From Candidatus Eiseniibacteriota bacterium (GTDB taxonomy: Bacteria; Eisenbacteria; RBG-16-71-46; SZUA-252), in contig DASTBC010000035.1 of assembly GCA_035712245.1 (NCBI GenBank), positions 1 to 51,717 of the forward strand: a stretch of 51,717 nt of DNA, written 5' to 3'. Both the position numbers and the translations under genes were made by a program. Each line of letters opens with the position of its first letter. Position 1 is the stretch's first letter. This document shows positions 45,566 to 51,717 of this stretch, piece after piece. The notes under the pieces were generated by a model, which searched no databases, was not told where the DNA came from, and saw nothing but the letters and a program-made list of their open reading frames with translations.

Positions 45566-45804
45566 GAAGTCAAGCACAATCTCCGGATGCACCGGATCCA
45601 CGGCCTGCGTTCCTGTGATCGCCGACCACGTGGCGCCCGACGCGGCAAGGCATGGTTCCTGCCCTGTGACGGATCGCGCAGCCCTCCCCCGAAGGAGGGC
45701 GCCCGGACAACGTGCGGCGGCGCTTCAGGATGGCGCGTCGAGCCGCGATCGGAGGCTGACACTTCTGACAGGTCCCACTGACGATCTGTCAGGAAGGGGG
45801 AACG

Positions 45805-47112
<1,308 letters not shown>

Positions 47113-47170
47113 ACCGGGCGGCGCAAACGCCGCTTGAATCCCGGAGCGCAGTACAGCCAACGCTCGCTAC

Positions 47171-47199
47171 GAGACCGCAGTGCTCCTGACTGCGGTCTC
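47171..47199. terminator. Perfect 10-bp hairpin between the convergent gltA and a small minus-strand ORF
   Basis: gagaccgcag (47171-47180), a 9-nt loop, then ctgcggtctc (47190-47199). There is no clear U-tract on either strand. Confidence 0.35.
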
Positions 47200-47226
47200 G
47201 TCCGGCGACGTGCCGTTGGAATTCGC

Positions 47227-47487
47227 TTACCGTGGACCGGCCTTTGGATGCTGTTCGATCCGGTCGGCAAGCTTGGTCATCACCGCGCGGAAGTGCTCGT
47301 CGGGCTCCTCGGTTCCGAACTCCACTTCCTGGTCCAAGAGATCGCGCGCGCTCCAGAACGCTGGAGGTACGTCGTCCTCGTCATCGACGGACGGTATTCT
47401 CCTCAGCGCTTCCGCGGGAGAGGCCTCGCCGGATGCGACGGACCTCAAAACCCCTACCCAGACCTTGCAGGCTTCAGACGATTTCAA
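47227..47487 (-). CDS. Small acidic hypothetical protein (86 aa)
   Basis: TTG 47487 is preceded by a ggaggc RBS with a 6-nt spacer. Sequence: (M)KSSEACKVWVGVLRSV...DDEDDVPPAFWSARDLLDQEVEFGTEEPDEHFRAVMTKLADRIEQH. Sits at the onset of the lower-GC region. The N-terminal 57 codons of ORF 47227..47658 are R-rich and rejected. Confidence 0.4.
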   Translation of the reverse strand: MKSSEACKVWVGVLRSVASGEASPAEALRRIPSVDDEDDVPPAFWSARDLLDQEVEFGTEEPDEHFRAVMTKLADRIEQHPKAGPR

Positions 47488-47786
47488 TCCTGAGCCTCCG
47501 CTCCTGTAACCCAGGGGTAACACGGCTCCCGGGCCGGCGTACAAAGGAACTGGCCGTACCGCCAGTTGCTTTCTTGACACGTGTCGGTATCGTCGACGCT
47601 CCGCACGCCCAACAATACTGGATGGGCATTGCCGCGAGACCCCACCGTCAACGCGCACTCCAAACAGGGCGCCCTAGCGGTTGCAGTGTTGCTGTTGTCA
47701 CAAAGGGTAATGACGCCGACCTACACATGCGGGACGGTACGTTCGCGGATCGGACAAGGCGAGAGAGTTCGACGAGTGCAGGTGTG

Positions 47787-47828
47787 TGCCCCCGGAGTGA
47801 TCCGAACACCCAGCCCACGATTTAGGAG
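47787..47828 (-). pseudogene. Diverged 3' half-copy of tRNA-Arg(CCT), from anticodon loop to discriminator (att-like repeat)
   Basis: tgcccccggAgtgatCcgaacacccAgcccacgAtttaggag aligns with 48386-48427 of the intact tRNA, with 4 mismatches in 42 nt. The mismatches fall in the T-stem (giving G-U), T-loop, variable loop and anticodon stem. No matching acceptor 5' strand or D-arm follows. Confidence 0.7.
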
Positions 47829-47925
47829 ATCAATCGGTCTCTTGTCCCGCTGTAATCCCGCCGAGTCTCGCAGTGTCCCGTTTCACCTGTACCAGAGCGA
47901 GCCGATAGGCTACTTCTAGGGTACA

Positions 47926-48153
47926 GTGTCTTCAGAGATGCCGCTTCCTGGGTGCCTATCTGTACGAATGCCGGATCACGAGAAGCGCTTCATTCGGGAG
48001 CGTGCGGAGTGCTACGGGCTTACCATGAGTGAATACTTGGTGCTGGCGGTGCCGCATTTCGACTGTTCTGGACTACCACTCCAGGTGATCCCGCCTCTCC
48101 CCGTCGATCCCTGGGGGCCGCCAAGCCAAAGGGCAAAGAAATGCCCCCTATGA
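47926..48153 (+). CDS. MobC-like ribbon-helix-helix protein (mobilisation/relaxosome accessory-like)
   Basis: LSVRMPDHEKRFIRERAECYGLTMSEYLVLAV fits the MobC/RHH pattern (beta-strand, then E..l...A...G.s.SeYl). Start uncertain (GTG 47926, ATG 47937 or ATG 47965). Low-GC context. Confidence 0.5.
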   Translation: MSSEMPLPGCLSVRMPDHEKRFIRERAECYGLTMSEYLVLAVPHFDCSGLPLQVIPPLPVDPWGPPSQRAKKCPL

Positions 48154-48317
48154 GCGTCTGGGAGGGCATCGGCTTAACAGTCCTCATTTTCATTGCCTAT
48201 ATCTTTCACCCCATCACCGGCCTCAAGAGACTCATCGATCGCACCAAAGAGCAGGAGAAAACAGAGCAGGAGGAGAGGGAAGAAAAAAGTAAGCCCCTGG
48301 AGCCACGATCTCCCTAG
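48150..48317 (+). CDS. 55-aa single-pass membrane micro-protein (hypothetical)
   Basis: ATG 48150 overlaps the upstream stop (ATGA). Sequence: MSVWEGIGLTVLIFIAYIFHPITGLKRLIDRTKEQEKTEQEEREEKSKPLEPRSP, one TM helix plus a charged tail. It is too short for the ORF track and competes with the frame of ORF 48193..48384. Confidence 0.3.
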   Translation: MSVWEGIGLTVLIFIAYIFHPITGLKRLIDRTKEQEKTEQEEREEKSKPLEPRSP

Positions 48318-48385
48318 GGGCCGATGTTTCTTTGCGGGAGTCTACAGGGGGAACTACAAGCGGAAGCCCGACGAAGCTAAGTAAG

Positions 48386-48459
48386 TGCCCCCGGGGTGAT
48401 TCGAACACCCGGCCCACGGTTTAGGAAACCGCTGCTCTGTCCACCTGAGCTACGGGGGC
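48386..48459 (-). tRNA. tRNA-Arg(CCT)
   Basis: The reverse complement is GCCCCCGTAGCTCAGGTGGACAGAGCAGCGGTTTCCTAAACCGTGGGCCGGGTGTTCGAATCACCCCGGGGGCA. Acceptor GCCCCCG/CGGGGGC, D-arm GCTC..GAGC, anticodon stem GCGGT/ACCGT with loop TTCCTAA, and T-arm GGGTG-TTCGAAT-CACCC. CCA is not encoded. Confidence 0.9.
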
Positions 48460-48482
48460 GCAAGGACTTAGCGCGTAGTGTA

Positions 48483-48521
48483 GCGCATCGATGCGCGCTG
48501 TGTACCCTTCTGTGTACCCTT
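48483..48521. repeat. 14-bp palindrome plus a perfect 12-bp tandem direct repeat immediately upstream of tRNA-Arg(CCT)
   Basis: gcgcatcgatgcgc lies at 48483-48496. ctgtgtaccctt occurs at 48498-48509 and again at 48510-48521. Confidence 0.85.
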
Positions 48522-48597
48522 CGAATTGACTGCGAGAACGCACTCGAAACCACGGACGAATCCTCACGGAACACGTGCAGGAGGCGCACAGAGAAGA

Positions 48598-48626
48598 GCC
48601 CCCAGCGAGGCGATCTCGCGGGGGGC
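48598..48626 (-). terminator. Hairpin with a T-rich tail on the minus strand, downstream of the frameshifted peptide gene
   Basis: Stem gcccccagcgag / ctcgcggggggc (11 of 12 pairs) with loop gcgat. On the minus strand it is followed by tcttctctgtg. Confidence 0.4.
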
Positions 48627-48686
48627 TTCTGAGTGCGATCACCTCGCGTTCCAGCTAGGACCATCCTCCAGCGCCGCGTCCGGAGT

Positions 48687-48817
48687 TTAGCGAGGGGGGA
48701 GACAGGGGTAGTTCGTGTCGCAGCCCTGGTTTGGGCACGTCGGGGCAAAAGACAGGCAATAGGGACAGTTCGTATATGCCCTGGTCTGGTTCTGTGGAGG
48801 CGGTTCATCGGGTTCAT
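48687..48817 (-). pseudogene. Frameshifted paralogue of the Cys-rich GG-leader peptide gene
   Basis: An aaggag RBS, a 6-nt spacer and ATG 48817 open MNPMNRLHRTRPGHIRT... (compare MNPRDRKLRLRKSTIRDLT in the intact gene). The Cys-rich tail ...YTNCPYCLSFAPTCPNQGCDTNYPCLPPR* (stop 48687-48689) is in a different frame and has no start codon of its own. TCPNQGC parallels TCPTRNC of the intact gene. Confidence 0.4.
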
Positions 48818-48855
48818 CGCGATCTCCTTGGTGAATGGCCGTCTCCGAAACCTGG

Positions 48856-48900
48856 CACCTGAGCTACGGGGGCGCAAAGGGTTACGCGTGCAGTGTACTG
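48856..48900 (-). pseudogene. Partial copy of the tRNA-Arg(CCT) 5' end (22 nt) plus its upstream flank
   Basis: cacctgagctacgggggcgcaa (48856-48877) is identical to 48442-48463. The next ~25 nt (agggttacgcgtgcagtgtactgc) resemble the flank of the intact gene (ggacttagcgcgtagtgtagcgc). Confidence 0.65.
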
Positions 48901-49265
48901 CTTCCCGCCGTACGAGGGCATCGGTCGGCTTCGCGGGTGAGGTCATTGGTGCTGTCGCAACCGCTCGAAGCTGTCTCCCGGCCGGGACCTGCCAGTCTCG
49001 ATCGCACTCGCGGCACGTTCTCGAATTGTCTCGACCGCGACGGCGTCTGGGCGTTCGACGCTGTGCCAAGGTCAGGCTCGAGGCGGGATACCGCTTCATC
49101 CCCTGCCGCGCGGTTGACTAAGGAGCCACAGAACAGGGCGGGAATCCGTTCCCGACAGAAAGTGGTGCTCGGCCATCGTTGTGGTACTTTTTGCCTCCGT
49201 GATCCGCCATGTGGATGGGGGGATTCGCAGCTCCATCGGATTTCCACCAAAGGAAGGAGTTCTCG

Positions 49266-49562
49266 TTGAATCCTCGTGACAGAAAGTTACGCCTACGGAA
49301 GTCCACCATTCGAGATCTCACGATGAGGGACGCGAGCAGAGCTCGAGGTGGCGTCCTCCTCGACACTAAGGCTGACACACAAAATCCCTGTATCACCCCA
49401 GCCACACACATATGGAATGGCTGCGACGAACTGACCTTCGGTCACACCGAATGCGACGCAACAGAATGCCTCACTGAATGCCTTGATACGTACGCGATTA
49501 GCTGCGGAGTCTCCTGCTGGGACTGTGACTCCATGGCCACGTGCCCCACTAGGAACTGTTGA
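49266..49562 (+). CDS. Cysteine-rich peptide precursor with a double-glycine-type leader (RiPP/bacteriocin-like), 98 aa
   Basis: An aggaaggag RBS, a 6-nt spacer and TTG 49266. The leader (M)NPRDRKLRLRKSTIRDLTMRDASRARGG has Leu at -12 and Asp at -8 relative to GG. The core VLLDTKADTQNPCITPATHIWNGCDELTFGHTECDATECLTECLDTYAISCGVSCWDCDSMATCPTRNC has 10 Cys and 14 Ser/Thr. A strong hairpin lies 24 nt downstream. The 19 upstream codons of ORF 49209..49562 are not needed. Confidence 0.6.
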   Translation: MNPRDRKLRLRKSTIRDLTMRDASRARGGVLLDTKADTQNPCITPATHIWNGCDELTFGHTECDATECLTECLDTYAISCGVSCWDCDSMATCPTRNC

Positions 49563-49585
49563 TCTTCCCCACCGTGCAGAAGAAG

Positions 49586-49621
49586 ACTCGGGGTGTCTGC
49601 GATGCTGCAGACACCCCGAGT
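49586..49621 (+). terminator. Strong hairpin terminator after the peptide gene
   Basis: Perfect 15-bp stem actcggggtgtctgc / gcagacaccccgagt with loop gatgct, followed by tgcattcct (weak U-tract). Confidence 0.6.
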
Positions 49622-49766
49622 TGCATTCCTATCTGCGAGACAGCCGCCGTGGCGGTACGGGGCGAGACTCCCCTCCCCCGAGATCCACGCGCGAGCGTTC
49701 GAGATACCCGGACGCGGAGGGATTCAGCGGGACGTGGCGTACTCGGCGGGAATGACCTTGGACTAG

Positions 49767-49806
49767 TTAGGAAACCGCTGCTCTGTCCACCTGAGCTACG
49801 GGGCGC
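49767..49806 (-). pseudogene. 5' half-copy of tRNA-Arg(CCT), from anticodon loop to the 5' end, with a 1-nt deletion in the acceptor
   Basis: ttaggaaaccgctgctctgtccacctgagctacgggg (49767-49803) is identical to 48421-48457. The G-run is one base shorter than in the intact gene. No 3' half is adjacent. Confidence 0.75.
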
Positions 49807-49962
49807 GTCTCGTTAAGTGCGTCAGTAGCAGCTTTATGCTGGCCCGTTCTCTTCCCTTCCTGCGTTGGATAGGCCGCTAACCCTTGGCTACCAGGATTCC
49901 CCTCCCATGACGACGCGGGGGGTGTAGACTCGTCGCGTTGCCGGGCTGCTAGGGAGGTCACC

Positions 49963-50394
49963 ATGATCAGGGTCCTTCGTGCGTCCGCCATCGCGGCGCT
50001 GCTCCTGGCGGCGATGGGAGCACAATGCCACACCCAGCCCAACGCGCCGGTCGAGAAGAGGTTCGTCCAGACGGTACGCCTCGACCCCGCCGAGCCCCAG
50101 AGTGGCGAGCAGGTCACGGTTTGGTCGAAGGTGACGAACGTTGGTGGGAGTCCCGAGTGGGGCACGTTCATGATCTGCGGCCTCGGCCTGGGCGGCGATC
50201 TCGCCCTCTCCGAAGTGCCAGGGACCGCACGATGCGCTGCCGTTTCCTTCGAGAGGCAGCTCGCGCCCGGGGAGAGCGTCGAGATGACGGACACTAAGGT
50301 GGTGGATTCACAGGCCGGCACCTACGAGCTCGAGGTCCGGCACATGGTCGATCCCAGAGCGACGCAGAAGATCACCGTCCACGTTTCCGACTGA
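49963..50394 (+). CDS. Secreted single-domain protein, CARDB/Ig-like fold candidate
   Basis: gggagg RBS. Signal peptide MIRVLRASAIAALLLAAMGAQC. PQSGEQVTVWSKVTNVGGSP and GTYELEVRH are typical CARDB-type strands. Confidence 0.6.
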   Translation: MIRVLRASAIAALLLAAMGAQCHTQPNAPVEKRFVQTVRLDPAEPQSGEQVTVWSKVTNVGGSPEWGTFMICGLGLGGDLALSEVPGTARCAAVSFERQLAPGESVEMTDTKVVDSQAGTYELEVRHMVDPRATQKITVHVSD

Positions 50395-50428
50395 CTCCCG
50401 CCCGGCACTCGGCGGTTCCACGTTCAGG

Positions 50429-50908
50429 CTAGGTCCACTCCGCCGGTGGGCGCTTCGCCAGCCATAGGATGAAGTCCATCGGAGGCGCCACGCCTCCGTG
50501 CCGCCCGAGCAGCTTCGCCGCCTGGGCTCGATGGCCGTGCGAGTGCATACAGACTTGGACGAGGGCTTCCGCAATCGAGCACGTGCCGTTCGGGATGAGC
50601 GGGCTCTCCAGCCTTCGAGCAAGGTCGCCCTCCGTGGAGATCTCGAGCCATGCGGTCTCCTGCGCCTGAGTGTCGGCGTAGCGCTGGATGAGTGCGGCGA
50701 ACGATGAAGAGACGCGAGCCTCTTCGTCGTGAACGAACGGCAGACCCAGGATGGTCAGCAACCAGAAACGATTCGCGACCAGGATGTGGTGGAGCAGCTC
50801 CACCAGCTCGGGGTCGGATACGGCCGCGCGGTTCCGCTGAGCCGCGTTCAGGAGCGCCGCGTTGGCGTATCCCTTGTGAGCGACCAGGTCGCGAAGTAGA
50901 TCGATCAT
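50429..50908 (-). CDS. DinB-family (DinB_2/YfiT-like) four-helix-bundle metalloprotein
   Basis: LLRDLVAHKGYANAALL...LLHHILVANRFWL...CMHSHGHRAQ shows the His-triad pattern characteristic of DinB-like proteins. Confidence 0.7.
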   Translation of the reverse strand: MIDLLRDLVAHKGYANAALLNAAQRNRAAVSDPELVELLHHILVANRFWLLTILGLPFVHDEEARVSSSFAALIQRYADTQAQETAWLEISTEGDLARRLESPLIPNGTCSIAEALVQVCMHSHGHRAQAAKLLGRHGGVAPPMDFILWLAKRPPAEWT

Positions 50909-51060
50909 GGCCGCATCCTACCAGAGGCCATCTCCACGGAGATTGCGGCGGGAATCACCGCGGCGCTGTCGTGCCGTCACGCGCCCGGGCTTGCAGGCAG
51001 TTGCACGGTGTTCTATGGTGTCGCCGGCCTGTGGCTTGCTTTCGTCGACGGAGCAACTCC

Positions 51061-51717
51061 ATGTCGCGCTCGGTACGCTGGACACTGCTACTCGTCCTCG
51101 CCGGATTGGCTCTCCTATCCCTCACGGAACCACGGTCCGCCCACGCCGCCTCCGTAGGCGCCGTCCTCGGCCTGAACCGCGCCGCGATCTCGGGCGACGC
51201 CCCGCCGAACACGGCCTACGGCGCGGGAGCCGGCCTCATGGCGGGAATCCAGGGAGAGCTCGCGCTGACTCGCGACCTTTCGCTGAGTCTCCAGCCGATG
51301 TACGTCCAGCGGCGCACGGAGCTACGGGCCGCGGATGCCGCGGAGTCGGGTGACGAGCGCGTTCTGAATCTCGACCTCGACTACGTCTCGGTGCCGGTCT
51401 TGGTGAAGTTCCGCGCGGGGGGAGGCCGGACCTACTTCGCGGGAGGCGTGGACGTCGCGTTCCTCAGCTCCGCTCGTGCCTCCGGCGAAGGTGTCGACGA
51501 GGACCTCGAGCCGCTCCTCCACTCCGTGGACGTCGGTGCGCTGTTCGGATTCGGCGTCGTGTTCCCGGTGGGACGTCCCCGCCTCGCGACGGAGCTCCGG
51601 TACGTGCAGGGTCTCGTGAATCTCCGCGAGGCGGAACAAGGGATCGTCCAGGAGCTGCCCGACCGCTTCCACTCCAGCGGCCTCCAGCTCATGGCCGGCA
51701 TCCTCTTCCCGATCGGA
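51061..51717 (+). CDS. Outer-membrane beta-barrel protein (OmpA-N/PorT-like small barrel), 3'-truncated by the window end
   Basis: Open frame from ATG 51061 to the window end, absent from the track because no stop is reached. Signal peptide MSRSVRWTLLLVLAGLALLSLTEPRSAHA, then alternating amphipathic strands (SVGAVLGLN, AGLMAGIQGELAL, YVSVPVLVKF, DVGALFGFGVVFPV, LQLMAGILFPIG). Confidence 0.7.
   Translation, partial: MSRSVRWTLLLVLAGLALLSLTEPRSAHAASVGAVLGLNRAAISGDAPPNTAYGAGAGLMAGIQGELALTRDLSLSLQPMYVQRRTELRAADAAESGDERVLNLDLDYVSVPVLVKFRAGGGRTYFAGGVDVAFLSSARASGEGVDEDLEPLLHSVDVGALFGFGVVFPVGRPRLATELRYVQGLVNLREAEQGIVQELPDRFHSSGLQLMAGILFPIG

Larger units (their letters stand above)
47787..49806. mobile_element. 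Degraded integrative-element remnants at a tRNA-Arg(CCT) hotspot (no integrase retained)
   Basis: An intact tRNA is flanked by a 3' half-copy (47787-47828) and by 5' partial copies (48856-48877 and 49767-49806). GC is locally lower. The cargo is MobC-like RHH, a TM micro-ORF and Cys-rich peptide genes. Confidence 0.55.

Noticed and set aside
48377-49099. 240-aa minus-strand ORF, plus ORFs 48633..49121 (+), 48835..49269 (+), 48882..49250 (-) and 49118..49411 (-).
   Set aside because: The 240-aa ORF reads straight through the tRNA-Arg gene. All of them are Arg/Ser/Pro-rich, mutually overlapping, lack an RBS and cross the tRNA fragments. Only the RBS-preceded short leader at 48817 was kept, as part of a pseudogene call.
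47787-49806. Reading the tRNA-derived repeats as a CRISPR array, or as an intron-split tRNA.
   Set aside because: The repeats are different portions of a tRNA, unequal in length, irregularly spaced (0.4-0.9 kb) and contain ORFs, so this is not a CRISPR array. A 1.9-kb intron that itself contains a complete copy of the same tRNA is not a known intron architecture.
49559-49816. 85-aa plus-strand ORF after the peptide gene.
   Set aside because: It spans the 15-bp terminator hairpin and runs into the 5' half-tRNA copy, and it has no RBS.
47113-50000. Searched the islet for an integrase, transposase, excisionase or toxin gene.
   Set aside because: No frame on either strand shows tyrosine-recombinase (R..H..R..Y), serine-recombinase, DDE or HUH motifs. 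The element is called 'degraded' rather than assigned to a family.

Overview
A 51.7-kb, roughly 70% GC bacterial chromosomal window. The taxon cannot be fixed from sequence alone. RNase Y, an exosortase and a K-L-x-L-x-K-x-T-I-x-x-L...GG peptide leader weakly suggest an uncultivated FCB-group or Gemmatimonadota-like lineage (inference only). About 90% of the window is core housekeeping DNA. It opens with a CheB-CheR-PAS-histidine kinase fusion and a convergent receiver. There is a split trp cluster (trpE-G-D ... trpC-F-B, with no trpA) interrupted by wecB and two GT4 glycosyltransferases. A ~23-kb co-directional minus-strand gene train follows: thrS-infC-rpmI-rplT-pheS-pheT-zapB-like-zapA-[candidate 6S RNA]-rny-ymdB-folD-xseA-xseB-ispA-PAP2-dxs-nadK-recN-trpEGD-wecB. 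Ten of its junctions are 4-nt ATGA/GTGA start/stop overlaps. Next comes an envelope block (outer-membrane barrel, GT-C-like membrane protein, DAHP synthase, lipoprotein, MBL hydrolase, exosortase-EpsI fusion, OmpA-like lipoprotein), then gltA. The accessory part is a lower-GC islet at about 47.2-50 kb around an intact tRNA-Arg(CCT). That tRNA is flanked by a diverged 3' half-copy on one side and two 5' partial copies on the other. The anticodon-spanning half-copies break at the anticodon loop, and no integrase is present. The islet carries a MobC-like RHH gene coupled to a TM micro-ORF. It also carries a 98-aa cysteine-rich peptide gene with a double-glycine-type leader and a frameshifted paralogue of that peptide on the opposite strand. 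A further 5' half-tRNA (Arg-CCG-like) with the same anticodon-loop breakpoint lies at the left edge of the window. Most long ORFs in the six-frame track are GC-driven antisense or alternative-frame shadows and were rejected. All family assignments come from reading motifs by eye, and no searches were run.
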